DNA of 64,000 nucleotides from an uncultured Actinomycetes bacterium (GCA_964474045.1 CAYYRC010000012.1:4318-68317); one strand, 5' to 3'; shown: positions 1-15,168, numbered from the stretch's first letter. Made by a program: numbers and translations. Notes: generated by a model from the letters alone, not told the origin.

Positions 1-810
1 CATGAGCACATGGGAGCCCTCGACCGTGCGGCCGTCGGCGAGCGTCACCACGACGCCATCGCCGACCCGCGTCGCCGCCGCAGCCCGTGACCGGCCCATA
101 ACGGCGATCCCCCGGCGCCCGAAGGCCTGTTCGATCACCGCCGCGGCGTCGGCATCCTGGCCGGGCAGCACATGGTCGCGCGACGACACCAGCGTCACCT
201 CCGAGCCCAGTCCGCGGTAGGCCGAGGCGAACTCGGCTCCGGTCACGCCCGAGCCCACGACGATCAGGTGCTCCGGGATCTGGGTCAGCGCGTACACCTG
301 CTCCCACGTCAGGATGCGCTCGCCGTCGGGCACCGCCGCGGCCAGCACCCGCGGCCGCGCTCCGGTGGCGACCAGCACCACGTCGGCATCGAACAGATGC
401 TCCCCCGACGCAGTCACGGCCAGCACCCGCGGGGGGCCGACCATCACGCCACGGCCTTCGACGATGCGCACCCCGTCGCGCTCCAGCCGCGACCGGATGT
501 CGTCGCTCTGGGCCCGGGCGAGGCCGATGACACGGGCATTGACGGCGGAGAGCTCCAGGCTGACCTGTCGTCGATCCAGCGGTTGGCCGTCCACCAGCAC
601 GCCCAGGTCGGCGCTCTCATACGTGGCGCGCGCGGCATCTGCGACGGTCACGAGCGCCTTGCTCGGCACGCAGTCGGTCAGCACGGCCGATCCGCCCATT
701 CCGACATCCTCGATCAGCGTGACATCGGCCCCCAGCTGCGCCGCCACCAGCGCGGCCTCATATCCCCCAGGTCCGCCACCGATGATTACGACTCGACTCA
801 CGGTGCCCAT
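1..810 (-). CDS. FAD-dependent pyridine nucleotide-disulfide oxidoreductase, LpdA-like NAD(P)H dehydrogenase (N-terminal part; C-terminus lies beyond window start)
   Basis: Own reverse-strand translation from ATG at 810..808: MGTVSRVVIIGGGPGGYEAALVAAQLGADVTLIEDVGMGGSAVLTDCVPSK. GxGxxG FAD motif is present, and a second Rossmann motif IPEHLIVVGSGVTGAEFASA lies around 221-280. Absent from the ORF track because it runs off the window edge. Confidence 0.8.
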   Translation of the reverse strand, partial: MGTVSRVVIIGGGPGGYEAALVAAQLGADVTLIEDVGMGGSAVLTDCVPSKALVTVADAARATYESADLGVLVDGQPLDRRQVSLELSAVNARVIGLARAQSDDIRSRLERDGVRIVEGRGVMVGPPRVLAVTASGEHLFDADVVLVATGARPRVLAAAVPDGERILTWEQVYALTQIPEHLIVVGSGVTGAEFASAYRGLGSEVTLVSSRDHVLPGQDADAAAVIEQAFGRRGIAVMGRSRAAAATRVGDGVVVTLADGRTVEGSHVLM

Positions 811-880
811 CCTGCCGCACCCCCAGATCCTCCGGGGCAGGTCGTCGGAGAAAGCCGGACGTACCGCCTATCGTGGCCTC

Positions 881-1333
881 ATGGCCCTCTACGCCGCCTA
901 CGGCTCCAACCTCGACCCGGCCCAGATGGCCGAGCGCGCACCCACGTCGCCAGCGCAGGGAACCGGCTGGCTGCAGGGGTGGCGGTTGACCTTCGGCGGC
1001 GAGCGCCTGAGCTGGGAGGGCGCGCTGGCGACGGTGGTGGAGGACCCCACCAGCCAGGTGTTCGTGATGCTCTACGACGTGCCGCCGTGGGACGAGGCCG
1101 CCCTGGACGAGTGGGAGGGCACCGCGCTCGGCTCCTACGTCAAGATCCGGGTGCGGGTGCAGACGCTGGAGGGCGAGCGGCTGGCCTGGCTGTATGTGCT
1201 GGACGATTACGAGGGTGGCCTGCCCTCGGCGCGCTACCTGGGCATCATCGCCGATGCCGCCGAGGCCGCCGACGCCCCCGCCGACTACGTCCGCGCGCTA
1301 CGCAACCGGCCCTGTCGCTCGGTAGGTCCGTAA
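881..1333 (+). CDS. Gamma-glutamylcyclotransferase / AIG2-like family protein
   Basis: ATG at 881 within track ORF 314..1333. MALYAAYGSNLDPAQM...GWRLTF is the typical GGCT-like N-terminus (YGSNL). The part of the track ORF upstream of 881 overlaps the divergent flavoprotein gene. Confidence 0.7.
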   Translation: MALYAAYGSNLDPAQMAERAPTSPAQGTGWLQGWRLTFGGERLSWEGALATVVEDPTSQVFVMLYDVPPWDEAALDEWEGTALGSYVKIRVRVQTLEGERLAWLYVLDDYEGGLPSARYLGIIADAAEAADAPADYVRALRNRPCRSVGP

Positions 1334-1352
1334 AGCTCGGTAGGTCCGTAAA
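1317..1352 (+). repeat. Perfect 18-bp tandem duplication (gctcggtaggtccgtaaa x2) spanning the stop codon of the GGCT-like gene
   Basis: Read directly: 1317-1334 equals 1335-1352. Each copy carries the TAA stop. Confidence 0.9.
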
Positions 1353-1377
1353 GCGGCACCGCGCCCGCTGGCGGCAC

Positions 1378-2958
1378 CTACATCAGGTCGACGGGCTGGT
1401 AGGTCCCCCAGACCGAGCGCAGCGCCCCGGCGACCTCGCCGCCGGTGGCCCGCGCCGCCAGCGCCCGCTTCATCGGGGGCAGGCAGTTGTCCGTCCCCTC
1501 GGCCGCACGCTTGAGCTCGTCCAGGGCGGCTGTGACCTCGGCGTTGTCGCGAGTGGCGCGCAGGGCGGCCAGGCGCTCGGACTGCTCGGCCTCGATCGCT
1601 GGGTTCACCCGCAGCGGCTCGTAGTGCTCCTCGGCGTCGACGGTGAACTTGTTGACGCCCACCACGATCCGCTCGCCGCTGTCGATCTCGTTGGCGATGC
1701 GGTAGGCGCTGCGCTCGATCTCGGACTTCTGGAAGCCCTGCTCGATCGCGGCCACCGCGCCGCCCATGTCAGCCACCTTAGCCATGAGCTCGTCGGCGGC
1801 GGCCTCGAGCTCGTCGGTCAAGGACTCCACCACATAGGAGCCCGCGAAGGGGTCGATGGTCTTGGTGATGTCGGTCTCGTAGGCCAGAACCTGCTGCGTG
1901 CGCAGCGCCAGACGCGCCGCCTTCTCGGTCGGCAGCGCGATCGCCTCGTCGAACGAGTTGGTGTGCAGCGACTGCGTCCCGCCCAGCGCCGCCGCGAGTC
2001 CCTGCACCGCGACCCGCACCAGGTTGACCTCGGGCTGCTGCGCGGTCAGCTGCACGCCCGCGGTCTGGGTGTGGAAGCGCAGCATGAGCGACTTGGGGTT
2101 CTTGGCCCCGAACTCCTCCCGCATGATCCGCGCCCACATCCGCCGGGCGGCGCGGAACTTGGCCACCTCCTCGAGCAGCGAGGTCCGCGACACGAAGAAG
2201 AACGCCAGCCGCGGCGCGAACTCGTCGACGTCCATGCCCGCGGCGATGGCCGCGCGGACGTACTCGATGCCGTCGGAGAGGGTGAAGGCGATCTCCTGCG
2301 CGGGCGTCGCGCCCGCCTCGGCCATGTGGTAGCCGGAGATCGAGATCGTGTTCCAGCGCGGCAGCTCCGCCTTGCAGTAGGCGAAGATGTCGGTGATCAA
2401 TCGGAGCGACGCCGCCGGCGGGTAGATGTAGGTGCCGCGGGCGATGTACTCCTTCAGCACGTCGTTCTGGATCGTGCCGGTCAGGGCCGACCCGGGGATG
2501 CCGGACTTCTCGGCCACCAGCTGGTACATCAGCAGCAGCGTCGAGGCCGGGGCGTTGATCGTCATGGAGGTCGACACCTGATCCAGCGGGATGCCGCCGA
2601 ACAGCACGCCCATGTCGTCCACCGAGTCGATGGCGACGCCCACCTTGCCCACCTCGCCGCTGGCGATGGGGTCATCGGAGTCGTAGCCCATCTGGGTCGG
2701 CAGGTCGAAGGCGACCGACAGACCGGTGGTGCCGGCGGCCAGCAGCTGCTTGTAGCGCCCGTTGGACTCGACGGCGGTGCCGAAGCCGGCGTACTGGCGC
2801 ATCGTCCAGGGCCGACCCGTGTACATCGACGGGTAGACGCCGCGGGTGAACGGATACTGACCCGGCTCGCCGAGCTGCACGTCGGGATCCCAGTCGGCCA
2901 GCGCCGAGGGTCCGTAGAGCGAGTCGAACGGGAAGCCGGATTCGGTCGAGCCAGACAT
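1378..2958 (-). CDS. Methylmalonyl-CoA mutase family, catalytic (TIM-barrel) large subunit without a B12-binding domain
   Basis: 526 aa. Contains [47 protein letters not shown] and [21 protein letters not shown], all hallmark mutase substrate-barrel motifs. No C-terminal DxHxxG domain. Confidence 0.9.
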   Translation of the reverse strand: MSGSTESGFPFDSLYGPSALADWDPDVQLGEPGQYPFTRGVYPSMYTGRPWTMRQYAGFGTAVESNGRYKQLLAAGTTGLSVAFDLPTQMGYDSDDPIASGEVGKVGVAIDSVDDMGVLFGGIPLDQVSTSMTINAPASTLLLMYQLVAEKSGIPGSALTGTIQNDVLKEYIARGTYIYPPAASLRLITDIFAYCKAELPRWNTISISGYHMAEAGATPAQEIAFTLSDGIEYVRAAIAAGMDVDEFAPRLAFFFVSRTSLLEEVAKFRAARRMWARIMREEFGAKNPKSLMLRFHTQTAGVQLTAQQPEVNLVRVAVQGLAAALGGTQSLHTNSFDEAIALPTEKAARLALRTQQVLAYETDITKTIDPFAGSYVVESLTDELEAAADELMAKVADMGGAVAAIEQGFQKSEIERSAYRIANEIDSGERIVVGVNKFTVDAEEHYEPLRVNPAIEAEQSERLAALRATRDNAEVTAALDELKRAAEGTDNCLPPMKRALAARATGGEVAGALRSVWGTYQPVDLM

Positions 2959-3084
2959 GGCACAAGCCTAGCCGCGCCATAGTGGACCTGGGCGGCAGGC
3001 CAGTGGGGTAGGCGATACGATCGAGCCACGGGGCGTCCGCTTTGCCGCGGCGTCCGAACTCGCTCACATCCGGGAGCAACTGAC

Positions 3085-3495
3085 GTGGCATCGACAACGG
3101 CGGAGCGGACCAAGATCGGGTCCCTGTACCGCGGCGGGCAAGGCATGTGGTCGTGGGCGCTGCAGCGCATCACGGGCGTGGCGGTGTTCTTCTTCCTCCT
3201 CGTGCACGTGCTGGACACGGCGCTCGTGCGGGTGTCGCCGAACACCTATGACCTGGTCATCGCCACCTACAAGACCCCAATCGTCAACCTGCTTGAGGTA
3301 GGCCTGGTGGCGGCGGTGCTCTATCACGCGCTCAACGGCATCCGCATCATCCTGGTGGACTTCTGGGGCAAGGGCGCGCGCTACCAGAAGAAGATGCTCT
3401 GGGTGGTCGGCTTCATCTGGGGCTTCGTGATGGTCCCCGGCGCCTACTTCATGCTCAAGCACACCATCGAGTCGCTGTTCGGGAGCGCATCATGA
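3085..3495 (+). CDS. sdhC: Succinate dehydrogenase cytochrome b subunit
   Basis: 136 aa hydrophobic protein with GTG start, first gene of the sdhCDAB order. Contains RITGVAVFFFLLVHV and YHALNGIRIIL, the heme-ligand His context. Confidence 0.85.
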   Translation: MASTTAERTKIGSLYRGGQGMWSWALQRITGVAVFFFLLVHVLDTALVRVSPNTYDLVIATYKTPIVNLLEVGLVAAVLYHALNGIRIILVDFWGKGARYQKKMLWVVGFIWGFVMVPGAYFMLKHTIESLFGSAS

Positions 3496-3992
3496 GCGAC
3501 ACGCTGCCCGAGGCCGTGGAGCCCGTGGACCTGGACCCCAGCGACGTGGAGGACGGCGCCCTGAAGCCGGCCCGGGTGCCGCTGCCGCCGCAGGCCATCG
3601 CCCCCGCCCTGGCCAAGCCACGCAGCAAGCGCGCCGGCCGCTCCAACTTTGAGATGTATGCGTGGCTTTTCATGCGGGTGTCCGGCATCGTGCTGGTGTT
3701 CCTCGTGCTGGGCCACCTCTTGATCATGAACATCCTCGACGGCGGCGTCCAGCGGATCAACTTCGGCTTCGTCGCCGGGCGCTGGTCCTCGCCCTTCTGG
3801 CAGGTCTGGGACCTGCTGCAGCTGTGGCTGGCCATGCTGCACGGCACGAACGGCCTGCGGGTGGTCATCAACGACTACGCCGAGCGGCCCGGCACCCGGT
3901 TCTGGCTGCAGGCGATCCTCTACGTCGCCGCGGTCTTCACCGTCGTCCTCGGAACTCTGGTCATCTTCACCTTCGACCCGAACATCGGCTAG
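3492..3992 (+). CDS. sdhD: Succinate dehydrogenase hydrophobic membrane anchor subunit
   Basis: 166 aa with three hydrophobic segments. ATGA overlap with the sdhC stop, and it lies between sdhC and sdhA. Confidence 0.8.
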   Translation: MSDTLPEAVEPVDLDPSDVEDGALKPARVPLPPQAIAPALAKPRSKRAGRSNFEMYAWLFMRVSGIVLVFLVLGHLLIMNILDGGVQRINFGFVAGRWSSPFWQVWDLLQLWLAMLHGTNGLRVVINDYAERPGTRFWLQAILYVAAVFTVVLGTLVIFTFDPNIG

Positions 3993-4001
3993 GAGCCCAC
4001 C

Positions 4002-5755
<1,754 letters not shown>

Positions 5756-5756
<1 letters not shown>

Positions 5757-6529
5757 TGAGCACCGAAACCGCGACCGCGACCGAGTCCTCGGCCCCACCC
5801 GCAGTGCCCGCCCCGGTGGCGTCGCCGGTGAGGTTCAAGATCATGCGCTACAACCCGGAGGTGGACGCCGCGCCGCACTGGCAGGAGTTCACCGTCGAGT
5901 GCCTGCCGACCGACCGCGTGCTGACGGTGCTGCAGAAGATCAAGGACGAGCAGGACGGCACGCTGACCTTCCGCCGCTCCTGCGCCCACGGCATCTGCGG
6001 CTCCGACGCCATGCAGATCAACGGCCGCAACCGCCTGGCCTGCAAGACGCTGGTTAAGGACCTCAACACGCGCAAGCCCATCACGGTGGAGGCGATCAAG
6101 GGCCTGCCGCTGGAGAAGGACATGGTCGTCGACATGGAGCCGTTCTTCGCGGCCTACCGCGAGGTGCTGCCGTTCCTGGTTCCCGAGGGCCACGAGCCGA
6201 CCCGTGAGCGCAAGCAGTCGGTGGCCGACCGCGAGATCTTCGATGACACCACCAAGTGCATCCTGTGCGCCTGCTGCACCACCTCATGTCCGGTGTTCTG
6301 GAACGACTCGCAGTACTTCGGCCCGCAGGCGATTGTGGGCGCCCACCGCTTCATCTTCGACTCCCGTGACGCCGCGTCGGCACAGCGGCTGGAGATCCTG
6401 AACTCCAAGGAGGGTGTGTGGCGCTGCCGCACGACCTTCAACTGCACCGACGCCTGCCCGCGAGGCATCGAGGTGACCAAGGCGATCCAGGAGGTCAAGC
6501 AGGCGCTGATCAGGGGCGGCGGCGCCTAG
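5756..6529 (+). CDS. sdhB: Succinate dehydrogenase iron-sulfur subunit
   Basis: 257 aa with three Cys clusters: CAHGICGSDA, CILCACCTTSCP and CTDACP. Overlaps the sdhA stop. Confidence 0.95.
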
Positions 6530-6546
6530 CTGTAGCCGTCAGCCCG

Positions 6547-8421
6547 CTAGGGCGTGACGATCGGGAACCAGAAGTCGAAGTCGTCCAGGTTGGCAAACAG
6601 CGCCTGGATGGGCGCCGGGTCTCCCTCGAAGGCGACTGCGCCCGACGCAGCCAGTGCGGCCACGTCGCCGCCGATGAGGATCGTGTCGAGCGCCGCTCGC
6701 GTCATGCGGATGGTGGAGGGAGCCGTGCCATCGGCGCCGGCGAAATTGTGCAGGGTGCCGTTGCTGAGCTCCAGGGTGTAGCCCGCGTCGTCGACGAAAA
6801 GGTGCATCACCCCGTTGACGCCGTCGGCCTGCAGGCCGTTCAACCGCATCGCCATGGCATCCAGGAAGTTCTCCACGCTGATCGAGGACACCATGCCGGG
6901 CTGCGTGGCCGTCGGGGCCGACACCTGCCGGACGCCCTGCCGCAGCTCGGTTGCGCCGGCGAGGTAGAAGTTGCGCCAGGGGCCGGACTCAGCCTGATAG
7001 GCCAGCTGCTCATAGGTAGCGGCCAGCAGGGCCTTGGCGTCGGCGTTCCCTGGATCGGCGAACACGAGGTGGTTGACCGCCTCGGCCACCCAGCGGTACT
7101 CGCCGGCGTCGAAGTCGGCCCGCGCCTTGGCCAGCAGGGCCTCGGCGCCGCCGGCGTACTCGACGAACTTGCCGCCCGCGGCCACCGGCGGCAGCGGGTG
7201 CAGGTTGGCAGGGTTGCCGTCGAACCAGCCCAGGTAGTAGTTGTACACGGCTTTGATGTTGTGGTTGACGCTGCCGTAGTAGCCGCGGTTGGCGAACTCA
7301 CGTCCGATGCTGTCGGGGAGTTCCAGCATTTCCGCGATCTCGGCGGGGCCGTAGCCGTGGTTGGCCAGCCGCAGCGTCTGGTCGTGCAGGTAGCGGTACA
7401 GGTCGCGCTGCGCCACCAGCAGGTCGCGCACCTCAGCAGCGCCCCATGTGGGCCAGTGGTGCGAGGCGAACAGCACATCGGTCTGGTCTGCGAAGAGGCG
7501 CAAGGACTCATGCAGGTGCTTGGACCAGGCCAGCGCGTCGCGCATCTTCGCGCCCCGCAGGGTGTACAGGTTGTGCAGCGTGTGGGTGGCGATCTCGGCC
7601 ATGCACAGCGCCCGGTGCTGGGGCAGGTAGAAGCAGTACTCGGCCGGCGCCTCAGCGTCGGGCGTGTACTGGAAGATGAATCGCACCCCGTCCACGACGA
7701 GTTCCTGACCCGTGTGGTCGACGATGTCGGTTGGCGGGTAGAAGGCCATCTCGCCATCGCTGGTGGACGGCCCCAAACCGGCGCCTACGGCTCCTGCCGG
7801 GCCAGGCGGCACGGCATTGCCATACATGTACGAGGCCCGGCGTGCCATGACGTTGCCCGCCAGCACGTTCTCAGCCACGGCAGCTTCCACGAAGCCGACC
7901 GGGACGATGTAGCGCACGCGACCCGCCGCGACGTCTTCGCGGTCGGCCACCCCGGCGATGCCGGCGAAGTGGTCGGCATGTGAGTGCGTCGACAGCACTG
8001 CCACGACCGGCAGATCCGCGACGTGCTCCCGCAGCAGCCGCAGGCCCTCGGCTGCCGGCGCCGAGGTGACCAGCGGATCGACGACGATCCACCCGGAGTC
8101 ACCGCGGATGAATGTCATGACCGACAGGTCGAAGTTGCGGACCTGGTAGATACCTGCGGTGACCTCGAACAGCCCTGTGATGGCGAGCAGCTGCGACTGG
8201 CGCCACAGGCTGGGGTTGACGGTGTCCGGAGCCGCGGCCTCGCGGACAAAGCTGTAGGCGTCGAGGTCGAACGAAGCGCTGCCGTCAGGATTGCTGATCA
8301 ACCGCTGCGGCGAATCTGCGATGAAGCCCCGGCGGGCGTTGACGAAGTCGCCCTCGTCCGTGAACTGCAGCTGCTGCAGCACGGCACGGTTGACTTCCTT
8401 GGTGTACTCGGACGCGCCCAT
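6547..8421 (-). CDS. Alkyl/aryl-sulfatase, MBL-fold (SdsA1/BDS1-like) with C-terminal SCP2-like domain
   Basis: 624 aa. Has the metallo-beta-lactamase motif STHSHADHFAG. N- and C-terminal regions match my recollection of the alkyl-sulfatase family (FTDEGDFVNARRGFI...; C-terminal GDPAPIQALF). Confidence 0.8.
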   Translation of the reverse strand: MGASEYTKEVNRAVLQQLQFTDEGDFVNARRGFIADSPQRLISNPDGSASFDLDAYSFVREAAAPDTVNPSLWRQSQLLAITGLFEVTAGIYQVRNFDLSVMTFIRGDSGWIVVDPLVTSAPAAEGLRLLREHVADLPVVAVLSTHSHADHFAGIAGVADREDVAAGRVRYIVPVGFVEAAVAENVLAGNVMARRASYMYGNAVPPGPAGAVGAGLGPSTSDGEMAFYPPTDIVDHTGQELVVDGVRFIFQYTPDAEAPAEYCFYLPQHRALCMAEIATHTLHNLYTLRGAKMRDALAWSKHLHESLRLFADQTDVLFASHHWPTWGAAEVRDLLVAQRDLYRYLHDQTLRLANHGYGPAEIAEMLELPDSIGREFANRGYYGSVNHNIKAVYNYYLGWFDGNPANLHPLPPVAAGGKFVEYAGGAEALLAKARADFDAGEYRWVAEAVNHLVFADPGNADAKALLAATYEQLAYQAESGPWRNFYLAGATELRQGVRQVSAPTATQPGMVSSISVENFLDAMAMRLNGLQADGVNGVMHLFVDDAGYTLELSNGTLHNFAGADGTAPSTIRMTRAALDTILIGGDVAALAASGAVAFEGDPAPIQALFANLDDFDFWFPIVTP

Positions 8422-8526
8422 GATGAGTCCAATCCCGATGCCGACGACACCAGCAAAGTAGCGCCCTGTCTGGGTGGCCGGTAGTCCCAGCCCTCGATTG
8501 CCCTCCAGGGTGCTTCGCGGTCGTCG

Positions 8527-11227
<2,701 letters not shown>

Positions 11228-11251
11228 ATCGGCTCCTCGTCCTTGTCGCGG

Positions 11252-12208
11252 CTACAGGCTCTGGACGTCGGCCTGCTTGGCCCGGACGGCCTCGGCGGCT
11301 TCGCCCAGGGCGGCGAGCTCGGACTCGGTCAGATCGGTGGCGACGATACGGCGCACACCCTCAGCGCCGATCTCGGCCTCGACGCCCAGGTAGACCCCGG
11401 CGATGCCGTACTCGCCGTCGACCCACGCGCACACCGGCATCACGGCGCCACAGTCCTCGGCCACCGCCTTGGCCATTCGCGCCGCGGACGCCGACGGGGC
11501 GTAGTAGGCCGAACCGGTCTTGAGCAGAGCAACAACCTCCGCACCGCCGTTGCGGGTGCGCACGACGAGCTCCTCCACCTCGGCGTCATCCAACAGCTCC
11601 GACAGCGGCTGGCCGTCGACCTTGCAGCGCGAGGGCACCGGCACCATCGTGTCGCCGTGCGACCCCAGGGTGAGGGTCTCGACGCTGGCGATCGGCTTGC
11701 CCAGCTTCTCGGCGACGAAGTGGGTGAAGCGGGCGGTGTCGAGCATGCCGGCCTGGCCGAGCACGCGCTGGTGCGGGAAGCCGGTGGCGAGCTGGGTGAG
11801 CGCGGTCATCTCGTCCAGCGGGTTGCTGACGACGATCACGACCGCGTCCGGGGCGTACCGGGCGACGTTCTCCGCCACGCTCCGCACGATCTTGGCGTTG
11901 ACCTCGATGAGGTCCATGCGGCTCATCCCGGGCTTGCGCGGCAGGCCGGCGGTGATGACGACGATCTTCGAGCCAGCGATGGCCTCGTAGCCGGAGCCGT
12001 CCGTGCCCGTGGTCACGCCGGTGACCTTGGTCTCGAAGCCCTCGACCGGGCGCGACTGGTTGAGGTCGAGCGCCAGCCCCTCGGCCTTGCCCTCCACAAC
12101 ATCGGTCAGGACGACCTCGTCGAAGATGTCGTACTCAGCGAGCCGCATCGCGGTGGTGGATCCGTAGAAACCCGCTCCGACGACGGTGACCTTGCCCGAT
12201 CGCGCCAT
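11252..12208 (-). CDS. mdh: Malate dehydrogenase (LDH-like type)
   Basis: ATG at 12208 (MARSGKVTVVGAGFYGSTTA is the NAD-binding GxGxxG). GSHGDTMVP is present. The upstream 108 codons of the track ORF have no family resemblance. Confidence 0.9.
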   Translation of the reverse strand: MARSGKVTVVGAGFYGSTTAMRLAEYDIFDEVVLTDVVEGKAEGLALDLNQSRPVEGFETKVTGVTTGTDGSGYEAIAGSKIVVITAGLPRKPGMSRMDLIEVNAKIVRSVAENVARYAPDAVVIVVSNPLDEMTALTQLATGFPHQRVLGQAGMLDTARFTHFVAEKLGKPIASVETLTLGSHGDTMVPVPSRCKVDGQPLSELLDDAEVEELVVRTRNGGAEVVALLKTGSAYYAPSASAARMAKAVAEDCGAVMPVCAWVDGEYGIAGVYLGVEAEIGAEGVRRIVATDLTESELAALGEAAEAVRAKQADVQSL

Positions 12209-12341
12209 GAACTGCCCCTTCTCGACGGGGCCGGGGGCCCCGGTAGGTGAATTACTCGACACCTCGCCGGGGCGTCGTGGCTGCAGCTCTGGCCAGCCCT
12301 CGCCCGGTCGGCGACGCTGGGCACAGTCTACGCCCGAGCCG

Positions 12342-12611
12342 TCACGAGGGCGGGGGTACCCACAGCGACAACACCACGAGGCCGACGGCGAGCACCCCCA
12401 GCACAGCGAGGTCGGTCGGCCGTTTGCGCACCGCCAGCAGACCGGCCTGGCTGTCGGACAGCGCGGCCCGCAGGATCCAGGCGGCCACAACACTGGCCGC
12501 AAGCAGCACCGAGCCCACTCGGAAACGGTCAATCGCCACGAAGACCATGGCCACCACGATGCCGAGGAGCACGCTGAGCAGCGGCCACTGGCGCAGGACT
12601 CGTTCGGCCAC
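12342..12611 (-). CDS. DUF3017-like small membrane protein
   Basis: 89 aa with 3 TM segments, immediately downstream of folD as is usual in Actinomycetota. Confidence 0.65.
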   Translation of the reverse strand: MAERVLRQWPLLSVLLGIVVAMVFVAIDRFRVGSVLLAASVVAAWILRAALSDSQAGLLAVRKRPTDLAVLGVLAVGLVVLSLWVPPPS

Positions 12612-12614
12612 GGC

Positions 12615-13475
12615 CTAGCGGTCCGCGGCCTCGGCGGCCTCCGCGGCCTCGACCACGTTGGCCAGCAACATGGCCCGCGTCATCGGGCCGACACCGCCCG
12701 GCATCGGCGCCAGGTAACCCGCCACCGCACGCACCTCCGGGTCGACATCGCCGACGAGGCCCCGATCGGTGCGAGTGATCCCGACGTCCAGCACCGCGGC
12801 GCCGGGCTTGACGTCGTCGGCGCGGACGAGGCCCGGCACTCCAGCGGCCGCCACGATGATGTCGGCGTTGCGCAGATGCGCCGACAGATCCCGGGTACCT
12901 GTGTGGCACAGCGTCACGGTGGCGTTCTCGGAGCGTCGGGTGAGCAGCAACCCCAGAGGGCGGCCCACGGTGACGCCGCGACCGACGACCACGACCTCGG
13001 CGCCGGCGATCGGCACCTGGTAGCGCCGCAGCAGCTCGACGATCCCCTTCGGGGTGCACGGCAGCGGTCCGGCCGCCCCGAGCACGAGGCGCCCCAGGTT
13101 CGTGGGGTGCAGGCCGTCGGCGTCCTTGGCCGGATCCATCCGCTCCAGCATCGCGTTGGCGTCCAGCCCGCGCGGCAGCGGCAGCTGGATGATGTAGCCG
13201 GTGCAGGACGGGTCCGCGTTGAGGTCGTCGATGGCAGCCTCGACGGTGGCCGCACTGGCTGTCGCAGGGAGGTCCACCCGCAGGCTGGCGATGCCGACCT
13301 GCTCGCAATCGCGGTGCTTGCCGCCGACGTAGGAGCGGCTGCCGGGGTCGTCTCCCACGAGGACGGTCCCCAGTCCGGGGCGCCGGCCAATGTCGGCCAG
13401 CGCGGAAACGCGATCCGCCAGTTCGGCCTTCACTGCAGCTGCGGTGCCCTTGCCGTCCAGGATCGTCGCCGTCAC
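12615..13475 (-). CDS. folD: Bifunctional methylenetetrahydrofolate dehydrogenase / methenyltetrahydrofolate cyclohydrolase
   Basis: 286 aa. Contains [34 protein letters not shown] and GRGVTVGRP. Confidence 0.95.
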   Translation of the reverse strand: MTATILDGKGTAAAVKAELADRVSALADIGRRPGLGTVLVGDDPGSRSYVGGKHRDCEQVGIASLRVDLPATASAATVEAAIDDLNADPSCTGYIIQLPLPRGLDANAMLERMDPAKDADGLHPTNLGRLVLGAAGPLPCTPKGIVELLRRYQVPIAGAEVVVVGRGVTVGRPLGLLLTRRSENATVTLCHTGTRDLSAHLRNADIIVAAAGVPGLVRADDVKPGAAVLDVGITRTDRGLVGDVDPEVRAVAGYLAPMPGGVGPMTRAMLLANVVEAAEAAEAADR

Positions 13476-13479
13476 ATGG

Positions 13480-14469
13480 TCATTGTGCCAGCCGCCGGCG
13501 GCTGCCGAGGAAGGCCAGCAGGGTCGCTCCGATGGACATCAGCACCGCAGCCAGAGTCTGCGCCGTTACGCCGGTGTGCCCGGGCACCGGGGCGACGACA
13601 TCCACGACCACCCCGCCCACGAGTTGGCCGACGATGGTGAGCAGGGAGAACACCAGAACTCCGAGCCCGCGCACGGCGAACGCAGCCACCACGACGAAGG
13701 CAACGCCGATCGGACCGCCGAGCCACAGCAGCGGCTGGTCCCATGGCGCCGGGGGCAGGACGAGCGACGTGCCGTCGCGGGCCTCGATCACGCCAGCGAT
13801 GAGCAGCAGCGCGGTGAAACCCACGACGAAGTTCACCAGGGCGGCGGGCAGCGGCGATCCCGCTATCACTGCAACCCTGCCGTTGACGCCCTGCTGCAGC
13901 GCCACAGCCGCGCCGGCGGCGAAAGCCAGTGTGAGCAGCGCAGGGTGAACGTCACCGTGGCCCAGCTGGCCGGAGACCGCCAGCACGACGCCCGCCACTG
14001 CGATCGCCGCCGCCACCACACGCGGCACCGTGACCGGCCGCCGCCCCCCTGGTCCGACGCCGAACCTGTCGGCCACCAGGGAATTGGCAGTCAGCCCGGC
14101 GACGACGGCCACGGTGAACAGCGCTACCCCGGTGGCTGGAACCACCAATCCCTGCGAGGCTACGAACGTCGCTCCGCCAAGGCCCCCGAGGAACGTCCAG
14201 AGCGGAGCCCTGCCAGCGCCGCGCAGCGAGTGGGCGACCCGGGCGACACCACGGCGGCCGCTGGCCACCAAGACCACAATGATGGCGATGATCAGCAAGC
14301 CGGTGCCGAACGAGACCACCGCAGCCTCGGTGCCGCTGCCCACCTGCAGCGCCAGCTGTCCGTTGATCCGGGCCTGCACCACCGACAGTACGCCCACGAC
14401 GACTGCGCCGATGCCGTCCACCCAAGCCTTGACCCCGTGGTCGTGGGCCTCGTCGATCTGCTCAGGCAC
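13480..14469 (-). CDS. DMT-superfamily transporter (duplicated DUF606/YdcZ-like)
   Basis: 329 aa with about 10 TM segments. An internal repeat carries INGQLA / VNGRVA motifs. Confidence 0.65.
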   Translation of the reverse strand: MPEQIDEAHDHGVKAWVDGIGAVVVGVLSVVQARINGQLALQVGSGTEAAVVSFGTGLLIIAIIVVLVASGRRGVARVAHSLRGAGRAPLWTFLGGLGGATFVASQGLVVPATGVALFTVAVVAGLTANSLVADRFGVGPGGRRPVTVPRVVAAAIAVAGVVLAVSGQLGHGDVHPALLTLAFAAGAAVALQQGVNGRVAVIAGSPLPAALVNFVVGFTALLLIAGVIEARDGTSLVLPPAPWDQPLLWLGGPIGVAFVVVAAFAVRGLGVLVFSLLTIVGQLVGGVVVDVVAPVPGHTGVTAQTLAAVLMSIGATLLAFLGSRRRLAQ

Positions 14470-14493
14470 TGAGACGGTGCCCCGACGGGTACC

Positions 14494-15168
14494 TCACTGC
14501 GCCAGGAGCGGGGCATGCAGCGGATGGTCCGGATCGATATCGATCAGGAACGTGCGCACATTCGCTTCGACGAGGCGGAGCGCCTGGACCAGCGCCGCGG
14601 GGTCGTCCCCGACGGCAGCCGGGATCGCCCAACGGACCGTTCGCGGGGCCTGGCCCGCCGCCTCCGCCACCTCAGCTGCCTCGGACCCGATTGCGATGAT
14701 GTAGTCGACGGACTCGATCGCGGCCTGGTCCACCGGCTCCGGCGCGTCGGTCAGTTCGAGGCCCACCTCGCCAAGCAGCGAGCCGAGCGCGTCGTTCGCG
14801 GACGAGCCGGGCCGCAGCCCTGCCGACGCCACGCGGAACCTGCCCGGTGCATAGAACCGCATGAGCGCCGCGGCGGCCTGCGCCCTGGTGCAGTCGTGCT
14901 CGTCGAGCACGAGGATCGAAGGGGCCTGCTGCTCCGCCCTGCCACCCTCGAGCACTTCGCCCCGCTCGATCTTGGCCCGGGCGGCTCGACCGGCTAGGAC
15001 GGGCAGGAAGGCAGTGATCGTCGCGCGCTCGGCAAGCGCGTGGTAGGAAGCGAGGACTTCCTGCCGGATCACATGTCGCTGCACTGTGCCGCTGGTCTGG
15101 GTGACGAGTCCATCGACGACGCTCTCGAGCTGTGCCGCCGTATGCTCGTCGAGCACCGTCTGATCCAT
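14494..15168 (-). CDS. Low-molecular-weight phosphatase/ArsC-fold protein with N-terminal helical domain; P-loop nucleophile Cys not conserved
   Basis: 224 aa. The C-terminal half aligns by eye to the LMW-PTP fold, but the CX5R(S/T) loop reads DEHDCTRA, so Arg is kept and the first Cys is replaced by Asp. Confidence 0.5.
   Translation of the reverse strand: MDQTVLDEHTAAQLESVVDGLVTQTSGTVQRHVIRQEVLASYHALAERATITAFLPVLAGRAARAKIERGEVLEGGRAEQQAPSILVLDEHDCTRAQAAAALMRFYAPGRFRVASAGLRPGSSANDALGSLLGEVGLELTDAPEPVDQAAIESVDYIIAIGSEAAEVAEAAGQAPRTVRWAIPAAVGDDPAALVQALRLVEANVRTFLIDIDPDHPLHAPLLAQ

Noticed and set aside
172-2982. 936-aa plus-strand ORF
   Set aside because: It is antisense to two well-supported minus-strand genes (the LpdA-like flavoprotein and the mutase large subunit). 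It has an Arg/Gly/His/Pro-rich composition with no motifs, a typical high-GC shadow ORF.
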